64,000 nt of DNA from Bdellovibrionota bacterium (GTDB taxonomy: Bacteria > Bdellovibrionota_C > UBA2361 > CALJRW01), in NCBI GenBank assembly GCA_041740355.1, contig JBGSMD010000009.1, positions 89,060-153,059 on the forward strand, written 5' to 3'. A program made the position numbers and the translations under genes. Every line of letters starts with the position of its first letter. Position 1 is the stretch's first letter. Under the pieces are notes generated by a model. That model was not told the DNA's origin and did no database searches. It saw nothing but the letters and a program-made list of their open reading frames with translations. Positions 29,639 through 41,491 of this stretch are shown piece by piece.

Positions 29639-30976
29639 CTAGATTTTCTCTCCATGCTGACTCAAATCCAAACCTTCTAATTCTTGCTCCGGGGTAACAC
29701 GCATCGGAATAATTAAATCCGTAATTTTATACAAAGCTAGAGAACCAAAGAATGCAAAACAACTAACTCCAACTAAAGCTGCTAAATGCATCAAGAATGT
29801 TGAAGATTCACCGTAAACTAATCCCACTTTAGCAGCAAACACTCCTGTTAAAATCATCCCTACCATTCCTCCTACACCATGACAGGGAAAAACATCCAAG
29901 GTATCATCAACTCCTGATTTAGTTGTCCAGTTAACGGCATAATTTGAAATAATACTGGCAACAACTCCAATAAAGATTGACTGACCTACTGTTACAAACC
30001 CAGCAGCAGGAGTAATAGCAACAAGCCCTACCACTGCACCAATACAAGCACCAAGTGCTGATAATTTTCGCCCGAGGATTCCATCTAAAAATAACCAAGC
30101 TAGCATCGCCGCTGCTGAGGCTGTATTCGTAGTTAAGAATGCAGCTGCCGCTGTTTCATTAGCGCCTAAGGCAGACCCAGCATTAAATCCAAACCAACCA
30201 AACCACAACATTCCCGTTCCTAACATCACAAAAGGAATATTAGCAGGAGTGTGAGTTTTTCCTTTGGTATGTTCTTGTCTACTACCTAAAAAAATTGCCC
30301 CAGCTAGCGCAGCAAGTCCTGCTGACATATGCACAACAGTTCCACCGGCAAAATCAAGTACCCCAAGTTTTAATAAGAATCCTTCGGGGTGCCATGTCCA
30401 ATGTGCCAAAGGACAATAAATAAAAATACTAAAAAGGCACATGAACAGTAAATACGAAGAGAAGCGTACCCTCTCTGCAAAGGATCCAGTAATTAGTGCT
30501 GGTGTAATAATGGCAAACTTTAATTGAAATAGCGCAAATAGTAATAGCGGCATAGTGCTACCAATACTTGGATGACTAGACCCACCTACTCCATTAAACA
30601 TAAAGAAAGTGAAAGGATTACCAATAAATCCACCTAAGGTAAGGTTCTCGCTAACGACAAATCCCGCCCCTAGAGAACTTCCAAAAGCTAAACTAAAACC
30701 AACAACTACCCAAAGAATACTAATCACGCCCATAGCGATAAAACTCTGAAGCATGGTGGAAATAACGTTTTTTCTATTTACCATTCCCCCGTAAAAGAAG
30801 GAAAGTCCCGGTGTCATAAGCAGAACAAGCGCAGTCGCTGTCAGCATCCAGGCAACGTCACCTTTATCTACAGCTGGTCCAACAAGTTCCGGTGCTTTTG
30901 GTTGGTAGAAAGCCCCGTAAAGTGCCACTGCTATTAGCATCACAAATGCCAGAACCATTCTTTTTTTCATTCTCAT
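29639..30976 (-). CDS. amt: Ammonium transporter
   Basis: DFAGGTVVH, WFGWFGFNAGS, DDTLDVFPCHG. Confidence 0.96.
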   Translation of the reverse strand: MRMKKRMVLAFVMLIAVALYGAFYQPKAPELVGPAVDKGDVAWMLTATALVLLMTPGLSFFYGGMVNRKNVISTMLQSFIAMGVISILWVVVGFSLAFGSSLGAGFVVSENLTLGGFIGNPFTFFMFNGVGGSSHPSIGSTMPLLLFALFQLKFAIITPALITGSFAERVRFSSYLLFMCLFSIFIYCPLAHWTWHPEGFLLKLGVLDFAGGTVVHMSAGLAALAGAIFLGSRQEHTKGKTHTPANIPFVMLGTGMLWFGWFGFNAGSALGANETAAAAFLTTNTASAAAMLAWLFLDGILGRKLSALGACIGAVVGLVAITPAAGFVTVGQSIFIGVVASIISNYAVNWTTKSGVDDTLDVFPCHGVGGMVGMILTGVFAAKVGLVYGESSTFLMHLAALVGVSCFAFFGSLALYKITDLIIPMRVTPEQELEGLDLSQHGEKI

Positions 30977-31089
30977 ATCAAATCCTTTAGATAACCACAG
31001 TCTTAAGATATATATAGTATTATTTATGCTTATTAGTATATAAATTAATTTAATTGATCAAGAATTAAGTAAGAAGTTGGTAAGACTAA

Positions 31090-32688
31090 TTATGATAGGA
31101 AAGGTTTTTCAAAACTTAACTTGGAGAAGAAACGTCCCTTGAATTGACGTAGAGATTTTTCTGACACTTCTTTTAAGGCAGTCTCGTTGGCACCAGTAAT
31201 TGCCAAATCTAATAACTCTAACTGCCTTGCAAATCCAAGATTAAAAGTTATATCTGCTTTGTTCATTTCATAAAATGATTTGCCAGCATTTTTTAACTCA
31301 ACGAGTCGATCCTTAAATCCAGAAAAAGAAACTGGGCCATGAGTTAATATTTCTGCTAAGTAATCAAGTGACTCTTGAAGTTTTACAACCTGCAACACTA
31401 AGCGAATCTGCTTTAATGCCTCACTTCCTGAGTCTGTATTTTTATCCTGAGCAGCCTGTCGAAGGTTCGCAATCTGCAGATCGATTTGTTTCTTAAATGT
31501 AAGATAGGGGCGAGCTTCAACTTGAGATAACAGTCGATCGTTTAAACCAAGCCGAGTTAAATAATTTGTAATTTCTTTATCTGTTCTTTCAGGATTTAGC
31601 TGTCGATTTCCAGTAGTAAATGCCTGCAAACCTTTAGTAAAAACTATCTGCTTATCAAAAACTCTTTCTGCTTTTGCAAAAACTTCGGAATGTGTTGCTC
31701 GGTATTTTACTAAAGCTAAACGATCTTCAATATTAGCAGTTGTTATCTTGGTAACTGACTTTAATCGTTTTGAAAACTTATCAAGTGCCGCATGTAAACG
31801 AGCCCAAGTAGCACTAGTATTAGTTCTTTCTTTTCGATCTCGCAGATTGCCTGACTTAGCTACTTGTTCTCGACCTAATATCTTCGATAATAATAATACA
31901 TTTTTCAATTGCTCAACTACTTCTCCAGCAACCTCACCTGCAAAACTTCGCACAAATGCTTTTTCATCCGAATCTAATTGCCCCCAATCACCAACTTGAC
32001 CTCGAAGCTCCACTACGTTTTTGGCTAAGCGTGTTAATTTATCTACTTCTTTAATATGATGTTGTTCTTCATGTAGCGTCTTACGATAAGCAGAAGATAA
32101 ACTTGTAAAGCACATTGCTAATTTATGATCAGAATCAATTTCCTTACGAAAATAGATGATGCTCCCCATTAACTCCGGCTTTCTTGCAACTAAAGAATTT
32201 AGGATTGGTGATTCTTGGGTAATAATTTGAATGCGATTATTTGTTGCTGGCACTGGAGTAAGACTATTAAATACAGCCTTTAGTTCGGATACAACTTGAG
32301 CAGTAATATCGACTTTCTTAACGGGATTATCCAAAATGCCAAAATTTCTGAGCAACTCAGATGAAATTTTTGTGGGATCTAATTTAACACGTGTACTTGA
32401 AATTGAATCCAAAGTAACTTTATCATCAAGTGCCATCTGACCAGTTGACCTATCAAACTTAACTGGCAGACAATAATCAACAAGTTTTGTGCAACTTGTG
32501 AAGAGTAATTTATATTGCGAGTTAGGAATCTGGGCCCAAAGTTCTAAGAATACTTTACGAGACAATCCAATCTTTTGGGCTTCTTCAAGATTAACAAATG
32601 ATGTTTCAACAACATTTTCGGGGCTTAAACTTCTTACTACTTCTGGTTTCATGTGTAATATTATGTCGGAAATCGAAGTCCTAATCAA
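31090..32688 (-). CDS. Hypothetical helical/coiled-coil protein
   Basis: 532-aa ORF with no recognised motif. Confidence 0.75.
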   Translation of the reverse strand: MIRTSISDIILHMKPEVVRSLSPENVVETSFVNLEEAQKIGLSRKVFLELWAQIPNSQYKLLFTSCTKLVDYCLPVKFDRSTGQMALDDKVTLDSISSTRVKLDPTKISSELLRNFGILDNPVKKVDITAQVVSELKAVFNSLTPVPATNNRIQIITQESPILNSLVARKPELMGSIIYFRKEIDSDHKLAMCFTSLSSAYRKTLHEEQHHIKEVDKLTRLAKNVVELRGQVGDWGQLDSDEKAFVRSFAGEVAGEVVEQLKNVLLLSKILGREQVAKSGNLRDRKERTNTSATWARLHAALDKFSKRLKSVTKITTANIEDRLALVKYRATHSEVFAKAERVFDKQIVFTKGLQAFTTGNRQLNPERTDKEITNYLTRLGLNDRLLSQVEARPYLTFKKQIDLQIANLRQAAQDKNTDSGSEALKQIRLVLQVVKLQESLDYLAEILTHGPVSFSGFKDRLVELKNAGKSFYEMNKADITFNLGFARQLELLDLAITGANETALKEVSEKSLRQFKGRFFSKLSFEKPFLS

Positions 32689-32726
32689 ACTTACTTCAAT
32701 CTTATATTAAATGTAGCTATGTCTTT

Positions 32727-33707
32727 TTAGTGTAGTTTAAGGTCTTTAGCTCTTAACTTGATTTTTTCAAACCAGAAAGCATTTGTAAGAAATTGATAAT
32801 AATCTAAATAACTAAATTGTTCAGAAAATTCCTTTTTCCACTTAGCTAAATTATTAGGAGTAATCTCTTGATAATCATCAAGAATCTTAACCGGCAATCC
32901 TTGATAAAGCGGATCAAGCACAGACTTTTCCACAATAACATAAGACCCTAGAACTAAAGCTTCCCATGTTCGGTGACAATCAAGTCCTGATCCATGAGGA
33001 GAAATAATAAAATCATACTTGGCCATTTCCTTCCAAAGAATGTCCCTACTCAAACGTTTCGCTTGAAATTTTACGGCAGGATTTCCTTGTAATTGCTGAA
33101 TAATCTCATTACGATCTTTTTTTATTTTATGATCGCGCTTTTTAAGTAGTCGAGTGGAATTATTAAATTGAAAATCAGCATAAGCTAAGTTCTGTTTATT
33201 TTTTGGTGCTGCATCCCTTGTTGCTAAAAGCAGTAACTCTTGTTCTTTAGGACTAGCAATCTGCTTAAAGCGCCATGAGGTCTGCTCATATTGCGAATGA
33301 AAATCAATACCCAAAGGCAATGGTGTGACTTTAATAATATTAGAATTTTCCTGATCGCAGTTTTGGGCAAACCAATGAACTAATAACTCTTTATCTAAAA
33401 TCTTTTGAATTTCATCAGACTCAATTTCTTTTGGAAGACTAATTGTAGAATCTCCTGTTACTAAGACAAATGGCTCTTTAATACACGGGAAAACTTCATA
33501 AAAAAAAGATTTGATAAACTTACCCTTAACCCAGACAATCTCCCCTGCCTTAATATTTTGATAAGCACTGGCATTAAACTCCTGGCTAAAATCATAGCGA
33601 TCGCAAAGCATTGCTAATCCTTTATTCCAAAGAATTTCAGTATTATTTGGATAAGTTCTAGGTGAGAGTCGTTTCTTTTTTAATAAATATTTTAAAAAAG
33701 ATAGCAT
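32727..33707 (-). CDS. Exostosin/GT47-like glycosyltransferase
   Basis: ISPHGSGLDCHRTWEAL...LYQGLPV; HWFAQN; PLPLG; ATG at 33707 preferred. Confidence 0.7.
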   Translation of the reverse strand: MLSFLKYLLKKKRLSPRTYPNNTEILWNKGLAMLCDRYDFSQEFNASAYQNIKAGEIVWVKGKFIKSFFYEVFPCIKEPFVLVTGDSTISLPKEIESDEIQKILDKELLVHWFAQNCDQENSNIIKVTPLPLGIDFHSQYEQTSWRFKQIASPKEQELLLLATRDAAPKNKQNLAYADFQFNNSTRLLKKRDHKIKKDRNEIIQQLQGNPAVKFQAKRLSRDILWKEMAKYDFIISPHGSGLDCHRTWEALVLGSYVIVEKSVLDPLYQGLPVKILDDYQEITPNNLAKWKKEFSEQFSYLDYYQFLTNAFWFEKIKLRAKDLKLH

Positions 33708-33742
33708 AATAATGTGATTAGTTAATGAACAATAAATAATTA

Positions 33743-36700
33743 TTAATAGTTTAAATTGCTTTGCAACCACTTCTCCATTTCCATCAAGGTCTTACCTTTT
33801 CGCTTAGCTAAGTCAGCAACTTGATCCTTGGAGATCTGACCCAGACCAAAATACTTAGCTTGTGGGTTCATAAAATACAATCCCGAAACAGAAGAAGCAG
33901 GCATCATGGCAAAGTGTTCTGTCAAAGCCATGCCAGTATGCTTAGTCGCATTAATCAAGCTAAAGATAGTTTCCTTTTCTGTATGGTCAGGACACGCTGG
34001 ATAACCAGCTGCCGGACGAATCCCGACATACTCTTCTTTAATTAATTGTCTGGTAGTTAACATTTCATCTTCGGCATAGCCCCAATATTCTTTACGAACA
34101 ATTGCATGTAAACATTCAGCAAAAGCTTCAGCTAAACGATCAGCAATTGCTTGCGCCATAATCACGGAGTAATCATCACTCTCCGCTTTAAATTTGGTGA
34201 TTAATAATTCTAAATCAATACCAGTGGTGACAGCAAAAGCTCCGATGTAATTTTTAACTCCAGAATTTTTTGGAGCTATGTAATCGGACAAAGCCAAGTT
34301 CGATTGCCCTTCACCTTTCTTTAACTGTTGGCGAAGCGTGTGCATTACTGCAATCACTTCACTTCTAGTGTCGTCGGCATAGACTTCAATATCATCGTCG
34401 TTTATGGAGTTAGCAGGAAATAATCCAATCACTCCATTTGCTTGTGGAATTCCCGTAGCTTGCATTTGTGCCAACATCGCCTTGGCATCTTTAAAGATCT
34501 CACGAGCTTGTTTGCCATAAGTCGGCGAATTTAGGATTTCAGGATAACGTCCTTTTAATTCCCAAGTACTAAAAAATGGTGACCAGTCGATGAACTCAAT
34601 TAGTTGTTCCAGAGGAAAATTTTTAAAAGTATAAATTCCTAATTTGTTAGGCGTATGCGGTTTGAATTCCGACCAATCAATTTGAAATTTATTCTTACGA
34701 GCTTCTTCTAAGGTAAAATATTGCTTAATGTCATCCCGACCTTCGTAATCCGAACGCAATTTTTGATATTCCTTTTTTGTCTGAGCAACAAATTCATCGC
34801 GATTTTCAGGCATTAGTAAACTACTAAGAACAGGAACCGCTTTGGAAGCATCTTTTACGTGGATACATGGTCCAGAATAATGAGGTTCAATCTTTATTGC
34901 CGTGTGTTTCTTAGAAGTAGTAGCACCTCCAATTAACAGTGGGACTTTATAATCACTGCTCTCTAAGAGCTTGGCAAAGTAAACCATTTCATCTAGTGAT
35001 GGAGTAATTAAACCACTAAGTCCAATCACATCTACTTTTAAATCTTTAGCAGCTTTTAGAATCTTTTCCGGGGGAACCATTACTCCCATGTCATGAATTT
35101 CGTAATTGTTACAAGCAAGCACCACACCAACAATGTTTTTACCAATGTCATGTACGTCCCCTTTAACAGTTGCCATCAGAATTTTACCGTTATTCTTAGC
35201 ATCACCTTCCTGTTTTTCCGCGTCCATAAATGGAATTAAATAGGCCACCGCTTTTTTCATTACGCGCGCACTTTTCACAACTTGAGGAAGAAACATTTTT
35301 CCAGAACCGAACAAGTCTCCCACGACATTCATCCCTTCCATTAAAGGCCCTTCGATTACATCAAGGGGTCGACTAGCAAGCTTCCTAGCTTCTTCCACAT
35401 CCTCGTCAATGTAATCAGCCAAGCCTTTAATTAAAGCATGGGTCAGTCGCGCATTCACATCTAAGTTACGCCAGTCAATATTAGCTTTAACATTAGTAGT
35501 ATCAATCTCTCTAAAACTTTCAGCTAAAGAAATTAGATTTTCAGTAGCATCGGCATGACGATTAAATAATACATCTTCAATCTTAAGCAGTAACTCAGCA
35601 TCAATTTCTTCGTAATTAGGAAGTTGTCCAGCATTTACAATTGCCATATCCAGTCCGGCATTAATTGCGTGGAATAGAAAGATGGAATGCATTGCTTCAC
35701 GTACGTAATTATTTCCACGAAATGAAAAAGAAATATTACTTACCCCACCACTGATTTTTGCTTTTGGCAAATGATCTTTAATCCATTTAATAGTTTCAAT
35801 AAAATCGACAGCATAATTATTATGTTCTTCCATCCCAGTTGCAACGGTTAGGATGTTTGGATCAAAGATAATATCTTCAGCGGGAAACTTAACTTCTTCT
35901 ACTAAGATCTTGTAGGCTCTCTGACAAATAGCAATTTTCTTTTCTAGGCTATCAGCTTGTCCATTCTCATCAAATGCCATGACCACCACAGCAGCACCAT
36001 ATTGCCTAACTTTCTCGGCTTGCTCACGAAACTTTTGCTCGCCTTCTTTCATGCTAATCGAATTGACGATTGCCTTTCCCTGTACGGCTTGAAGCCCAGC
36101 TTCAATGACTGACCAACGAGAAGAGTCAATCATAAATGGTACTCTGGAAATTTCTGGCTCAACAGCTAGTAAATTTAGAAAGTGAACCATCTCCCATTCC
36201 GAATCAAGCAAACCTTCATCGAAGTTGATATCTAGAATCTGAGCACCATTTTCAACTTGCTCCCGTGCAACATCCACAGCAGCTTCATAATCTTTCTTTT
36301 GAATTAATTTTTTAAATTTGGCAGAACCAGTAATATTATTACGTTCACCAATATTTACAAAATTACTTACTGTATTAATTACTAAGGGTTCTAAACCGGA
36401 AAGTTGTAAACCAGGTCTTTTAGTTGGCACAACTCGTGGACTACAGGTTTTAATGCGCTCGGCAATTAAACGAATATGTTCGGCTGTTGTTCCACAACAA
36501 CCACCAACTAAATTGATTAATCCTTTGTCGAAAAACTGTTCAAGTTCCAACATAAATTCCCGAGGAGTTTGATCGTACTCGGCCAGTTCATTTGGAAGTC
36601 CCGCGTTCGGGTGAATGCTAACATGAACTTCTGCCATCCGTGATAGCTCACTTAAGTAAGGCAATAACTGCTCAGCACCTAGAGCACAATTAAGTCCAAT

Positions 36701-37426
36701 GCTTAGTAAATTACGAGCGTGTGATACGGAAATCCAGAACGCTTCCGCAGTTTGACCACTTAATGTTCGTCCGCTTAAGTCAGTAATAGTTCCGGAAATC
36801 ATTAGTGGCAATTCAATCCCAGAAGTCTTACAGAATTCGCTATGTGCATAGATTGCCGCTTTAGCATTTAGTGTATCAAAGATTGTTTCAATCATTAATA
36901 AGTCCACACCGCCTTCGGCTAAGGCTTTGATTGACCAAGTATAATCATCAACTAATTGCTGGAAATTAACATTACGAAATGCCGGATTGTTCACATCAGG
37001 AGAAATAGATGCTGTCCGATTAGTTGGACCTAAGAGTCCATAAACATAACGCGGCTGATCAGGTGTTTTTTCGGAATACTTATCAGCTAAGTCTCTGGCA
37101 ATCTTTGCTCCAGCAATGTTTAGATCATAAACTAAATCTTTTTCAAATTTATAATCACTTTGTGAAATTAAATTGGAATTAAAAGTATTAGTTTGAATAA
37201 AGTCTGCCCCGGCTTCTAAATATTCCCCAAATATTTCGGAAATGACTTGGGGATGGGTAATATTTAAAAGATCATTATTGCCTTTAACCGAACAACAATG
37301 ATTTTTAAATTTACTGCCAGCATATTCCTGTTCATTTAGCTGATATTTTTGGATTGCCGTTCCAGCAGGACCATCCAAGACATAAATTCTCTTGCTAAGT
37401 AGTTTTTGAAATGATTTTAAATTCAA
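33743..37426 (-). CDS. metH: Cobalamin-dependent methionine synthase
   Basis: [26 protein letters not shown]. Confidence 0.98.
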   Translation of the reverse strand: MNLKSFQKLLSKRIYVLDGPAGTAIQKYQLNEQEYAGSKFKNHCCSVKGNNDLLNITHPQVISEIFGEYLEAGADFIQTNTFNSNLISQSDYKFEKDLVYDLNIAGAKIARDLADKYSEKTPDQPRYVYGLLGPTNRTASISPDVNNPAFRNVNFQQLVDDYTWSIKALAEGGVDLLMIETIFDTLNAKAAIYAHSEFCKTSGIELPLMISGTITDLSGRTLSGQTAEAFWISVSHARNLLSIGLNCALGAEQLLPYLSELSRMAEVHVSIHPNAGLPNELAEYDQTPREFMLELEQFFDKGLINLVGGCCGTTAEHIRLIAERIKTCSPRVVPTKRPGLQLSGLEPLVINTVSNFVNIGERNNITGSAKFKKLIQKKDYEAAVDVAREQVENGAQILDINFDEGLLDSEWEMVHFLNLLAVEPEISRVPFMIDSSRWSVIEAGLQAVQGKAIVNSISMKEGEQKFREQAEKVRQYGAAVVVMAFDENGQADSLEKKIAICQRAYKILVEEVKFPAEDIIFDPNILTVATGMEEHNNYAVDFIETIKWIKDHLPKAKISGGVSNISFSFRGNNYVREAMHSIFLFHAINAGLDMAIVNAGQLPNYEEIDAELLLKIEDVLFNRHADATENLISLAESFREIDTTNVKANIDWRNLDVNARLTHALIKGLADYIDEDVEEARKLASRPLDVIEGPLMEGMNVVGDLFGSGKMFLPQVVKSARVMKKAVAYLIPFMDAEKQEGDAKNNGKILMATVKGDVHDIGKNIVGVVLACNNYEIHDMGVMVPPEKILKAAKDLKVDVIGLSGLITPSLDEMVYFAKLLESSDYKVPLLIGGATTSKKHTAIKIEPHYSGPCIHVKDASKAVPVLSSLLMPENRDEFVAQTKKEYQKLRSDYEGRDDIKQYFTLEEARKNKFQIDWSEFKPHTPNKLGIYTFKNFPLEQLIEFIDWSPFFSTWELKGRYPEILNSPTYGKQAREIFKDAKAMLAQMQATGIPQANGVIGLFPANSINDDDIEVYADDTRSEVIAVMHTLRQQLKKGEGQSNLALSDYIAPKNSGVKNYIGAFAVTTGIDLELLITKFKAESDDYSVIMAQAIADRLAEAFAECLHAIVRKEYWGYAEDEMLTTRQLIKEEYVGIRPAAGYPACPDHTEKETIFSLINATKHTGMALTEHFAMMPASSVSGLYFMNPQAKYFGLGQISKDQVADLAKRKGKTLMEMEKWLQSNLNY

Positions 37427-37428
37427 AA

Positions 37429-38454
37429 TTATCCTTCAATGTAAGCACAGAGTAACTTGAGTGCACCATCTAAGTCTTTCGGGTGGACACATTCTGTTAC
37501 CGTATGGATATTACGAGTTGGTATACTAAGTGCACCAGTCTTTACTCCAGCACGAGATTTCTGAATTGACGCAGTATTTGTACCACCTCTTGGTAAAATT
37601 TCTAATTGAAATGGGATTTTCTTTTTTGTTGCCAAGGCTTTAAACTCATCAACAAAACGACGATCACAAATTACAGATCCATCAAGAATTTTAATACAAA
37701 CCCCTTGTCCTAATTTTGATACCTGTTTGTAATCCGCAACTCCGAATGGCGCATCACCGATAGTTGTATCTAAAGCAATCCCTAAATCAGGATTAATCCC
37801 ATAAGCAGCAGCTTGTGCTCCACGAAGTCCAACCTCTTCTTGAACAGTGAAAGCCATGTAAACATCATACTTCGGCTTTTTAATTTTCTGAAGCATGCGA
37901 ATACCTAGCCAAACACAACAACGATTGTCTAAACATTTTCCAGATACAATATCACCAATCTGTTTGAACTCTTGTTTTAGGGTAACCATGTCGCCGACTT
38001 CCACCATTTGTTTCACTTTTTTGCCAGGCAAACCTAAATCGATATAAAACTCACTTAACTCTGGAACCTTACGACCATCCTCTGGTGAGGAAATATGGAG
38101 TGGGACGATTCCGGGATTTAATAAGCCATTCACCTCACCTTTTTTTGTATGAATAATAACTTCTCTAGCAAAAAGATTGCGCGTGTCGAAACCACCAACG
38201 TTAATAATTCTTAGGAAACCACGATCATCAATATGATTAACATAAAACCCAATCTCATCCATGTGGGCATCGATCATTATTTTCTTAGGATTCTTAATTG
38301 ACTTAGGCGCTTTGATTACAGCAATGTAGTTACCCATGGCATCTTCATATAGCTGGTCAACATGATCTTTTACTTCGGCTTTAATAATCTTGCGAATATT
38401 CTCTTCATTACCAGAGACCCCAGCAGCTTCGGATAGCTTTTTTAATAATTTCAT
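37429..38454 (-). CDS. M42 family metalloaminopeptidase
   Basis: [27 protein letters not shown]. Confidence 0.93.
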   Translation of the reverse strand: MKLLKKLSEAAGVSGNEENIRKIIKAEVKDHVDQLYEDAMGNYIAVIKAPKSIKNPKKIMIDAHMDEIGFYVNHIDDRGFLRIINVGGFDTRNLFAREVIIHTKKGEVNGLLNPGIVPLHISSPEDGRKVPELSEFYIDLGLPGKKVKQMVEVGDMVTLKQEFKQIGDIVSGKCLDNRCCVWLGIRMLQKIKKPKYDVYMAFTVQEEVGLRGAQAAAYGINPDLGIALDTTIGDAPFGVADYKQVSKLGQGVCIKILDGSVICDRRFVDEFKALATKKKIPFQLEILPRGGTNTASIQKSRAGVKTGALSIPTRNIHTVTECVHPKDLDGALKLLCAYIEG

Positions 38455-38614
38455 AAATTTTTTATTTTTAAATTAGTCTTTTGCGCGTTCAATATTAAAA
38501 AATCTTTCGCAGCTTAAAGCTCCCGAATTTAAATTTAAGCAAATGTAATGTTACATTAATCTCTTTCTACTTACCTTATAGAACGTATTTTTACAAAGAT
38601 TGCGCCTTAAAGGC

Positions 38615-39319
38615 TTATGCTTTAGCTGCAGATTGTAAACATGATAAAAGTCCTTGGTACTTGATAATTAGCTCTTCCGCCAAACTCACTGCTTCCAGAT
38701 GAATCTTACAACTGTTTATAATTTGAGGGAAGTTAGAAGCTGATTTAAACTCTTCGATTTGACGCAAGATAGTAAAGAGTTCACGCTGCTTAATAGTATC
38801 TAAGGAGTCAAGTAAGGCCTGCTCATCTTTATTAAAGATTGGCACCAAGGAGATAGGTTTATTTGGCGCAACTAAAACCTGAGGCTTAGCTAAACTCGGT
38901 ATTTGATTATTGTTAAGTAAGGCATAGAGTAAAATAATTAAACCAAAGAATAGACCAAAGAGCATAAAGACTATTCCGGGAATAACCTTCTTGCCTTCAT
39001 ATTGCTCCACCAAGCCTTTTAAGTGATCTGTACTAAAACTTAAATCTTCTTTAAGATCTAGACCAGAGTAACTTTGATAAAAATGGCGCCAAGGTGCCTG
39101 TTCATTTACTGGATAAAGCTTTAACTCTAAATCATGCTTATTACGGAGGGCCGGATCTATTAAATGCTCAAAAGCTTCCTTGAGCCGTTCAATTTTTTTA
39201 ATCTTTCGATTATTTAAACCAAACAATAAGAAACCTCTAAGCTTTTTTTCAAAACGTTTTTTTAAATCTTGTGGGCTAGCATTCGAGGAAACCCCTAATT
39301 TCTTGTAATAGTTATCCAT
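38615..39319 (-). CDS. Membrane protein with degenerate J-domain (no HPD)
   Basis: NYYKKLGVSSNAS..DLKK...EAFEHLIDP..R..HD; one TM segment. Confidence 0.7.
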   Translation of the reverse strand: MDNYYKKLGVSSNASPQDLKKRFEKKLRGFLLFGLNNRKIKKIERLKEAFEHLIDPALRNKHDLELKLYPVNEQAPWRHFYQSYSGLDLKEDLSFSTDHLKGLVEQYEGKKVIPGIVFMLFGLFFGLIILLYALLNNNQIPSLAKPQVLVAPNKPISLVPIFNKDEQALLDSLDTIKQRELFTILRQIEEFKSASNFPQIINSCKIHLEAVSLAEELIIKYQGLLSCLQSAAKA

Positions 39320-39576
39320 TTTACAGCAAACTAAATTTCAACTAAGTTAAGGTCTGCTTTAAAGCCTAATAAAGTTGATATCTTGCCAAAGCATATTTCA
39401 ACTTTATTATTTCCAGTAAACGAAAACTTAGGGCTCAAAAGCTTAAATCTTAAAGTATCTTCAAGTTTAATTGATAAAATTTAATCATGCTAGATAAATA
39501 ATTCACTAATAAATGGTCATTATTTATACAACACACTTTTGGTTTTAACTAGCAAAACACATAATTACTTTCTTTC

Positions 39577-41301
39577 ATGAAGAAAAATCTATTTTTGGCT
39601 TTTCTAATCTTCCTAGTTGCCTGCTTAGCATATATCCCATTAGCTGCGACAGGTGTCCAAGAAAGTGATGGTGCCGAGATAGCCTATCAAGCCCTCAATA
39701 GCGGCGTCTTACATCCGCCAGGATTTCCTTTGTATTCTTTAGTTTCAATCTATTTGGTCAAAATCTTCCCTAATAATCCTTATCACACATTAGCTATCTT
39801 CTCGGCCGTGTGTCAGGCACTAGCCGGAAGTTTTCTGTTTTTTACTGCCAAGATATTTTTAAAATCTAGCTGGGTATCAATTGCCATTGCCTGTTCTTGG
39901 CTTTTCTTTCCGGCAACATTTAGATCTGCCACTGACTGTGAAGTATTTGCATTAAATAACTTATTAGTAATCATCAGTTGTTTCTGCGCTCTAAAAATAT
40001 TACACCAACAATCAAAGCTAGTTTTATACTTAGGACTCTTTACCGGACTTTCATGGTCTAACCACCAAATGTCTATTTTCTTTGCTCCACTAATCTTCCT
40101 GGCCGTTTATTCCACGAAGAGTTGGACACAATCAATTAAATTCGCTTGGGGATTAATCTTAGGCCTCTCCCCGCACCTATACTTAGTTTCCAAAATCTAC
40201 CTGCCCGATCCTAATTTATTTTTCCCTTTAGCAAATTTTAAAGAATTATTTAATTACCTCACTAGATCTGTCTACGGAACTTTTAATCTTAAATATGGTT
40301 TGGAATCCGAGGACATTAGTTATTTCTGGCATTTTATTACCCTTGTGATCTACTACGCACCATTAGCCCTGATCAGCAGTTTTGTTTTAATTATTCGGTT
40401 TAAAAAATACAAACTTATTGCCATAGGATTATTATTAAGTGTTGCTGCTAACCTGTGGTTTGCTTCACAGTTAATTTTTCCCAATCAAATTCAGATTCAT
40501 GGGGAACTTTTAATGCGCTTTTACCCCGGAATACTTTTAGCACTCCTACTTTCCCTCCCAATACTAGTTAAGGAGTTACTATCTCGTCGCTCAGAATATT
40601 GGATCATGTTTTTTCTAATAATAGTTCCTGTTTGTTGGAATTTACCGATGAAGATTGGTACTGCGGATGCCCGACATGATCGCCTAGCAGAAGTGGAAAT
40701 CAAAATGATTCTGGATGAACTTCCGACAAAAGCTATTTACATTTCTAACTTGGATCGCCAAACAATGGGAATTCCCTATTATCAGCAAGTTCTCAAGAAC
40801 CCCAAAGGGATTGAAGTAGTTATTCAGGAATCAATTCAAAATCCTGAATACAAAAGAATCCTCAGCAAAAGGATCTTTGATGAGAAAGATCCTCAATTTT
40901 ATGATTTTCCATCTTTCTTAGAATTAGCATTGTCTCGCGGAAAAGAAGTCTTTATTTTATCTGGCAAAATCCCAGAGCAGTTTGCGGTTCTTCCTTATAA
41001 ACACACTTGGCAAATTGGTAATGCTAATACTATTGCTCAAGTCCCAGACTTAACAGCAAATTTACTCACAAATTGTGCCAACCTTCCAGTGAAATTCTTA
41101 AATGTTTCTGAGCATCGCCATAACTCTCAATTAATTGTTCAAGGGGCCTTCCTTTCGGGCTGGCGTTGGCTTGCAGAGCATCCTCTGCATTTTCCCGAAA
41201 AAAAATTAGCGAAAACAATTATCAGATTATATAAGGAGAAAAAATATTCTGAAGTTCAAGATCTTTGCCAGAAGCTTCTTACTTCTGATAAATCCGCTTA
41301 A
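39577..41301 (+). CDS. DUF2723/TMEM260-like GT-C glycosyltransferase
   Basis: DGAE...GVLHPPGFPLY, EVFAL, NH motifs; many TM segments. Confidence 0.8.
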   Translation: MKKNLFLAFLIFLVACLAYIPLAATGVQESDGAEIAYQALNSGVLHPPGFPLYSLVSIYLVKIFPNNPYHTLAIFSAVCQALAGSFLFFTAKIFLKSSWVSIAIACSWLFFPATFRSATDCEVFALNNLLVIISCFCALKILHQQSKLVLYLGLFTGLSWSNHQMSIFFAPLIFLAVYSTKSWTQSIKFAWGLILGLSPHLYLVSKIYLPDPNLFFPLANFKELFNYLTRSVYGTFNLKYGLESEDISYFWHFITLVIYYAPLALISSFVLIIRFKKYKLIAIGLLLSVAANLWFASQLIFPNQIQIHGELLMRFYPGILLALLLSLPILVKELLSRRSEYWIMFFLIIVPVCWNLPMKIGTADARHDRLAEVEIKMILDELPTKAIYISNLDRQTMGIPYYQQVLKNPKGIEVVIQESIQNPEYKRILSKRIFDEKDPQFYDFPSFLELALSRGKEVFILSGKIPEQFAVLPYKHTWQIGNANTIAQVPDLTANLLTNCANLPVKFLNVSEHRHNSQLIVQGAFLSGWRWLAEHPLHFPEKKLAKTIIRLYKEKKYSEVQDLCQKLLTSDKSA

Positions 41302-41347
41302 TTGACTTCAAATTATTACTAATTTATATTACTATTCTTCAAATAAT

Positions 41348-41424
41348 GGTGGTTGTAGCTCAGTTGGTAGAGCTCTTGATTGTGATTCAAGTTGTCGCGG
41401 GTTCGAGCCCCGTCATCCACCCCA
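41348..41424 (+). tRNA. tRNA-His (GUG) with encoded G-1 and CCA
   Basis: Cloverleaf with GCTC/GAGC D-stem, CTTGA-TTGTGAT-TCAAG anticodon arm, GTTCGAG T-loop, C73-CCA; one U-U mismatch in the acceptor stem. Confidence 0.95.
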
Positions 41425-41491
41425 TTCTTTCTTTTTAGAAATTAATTAATTCAGTAACTGTCCTATAATTATATTAAGTTTATTAACTCAT

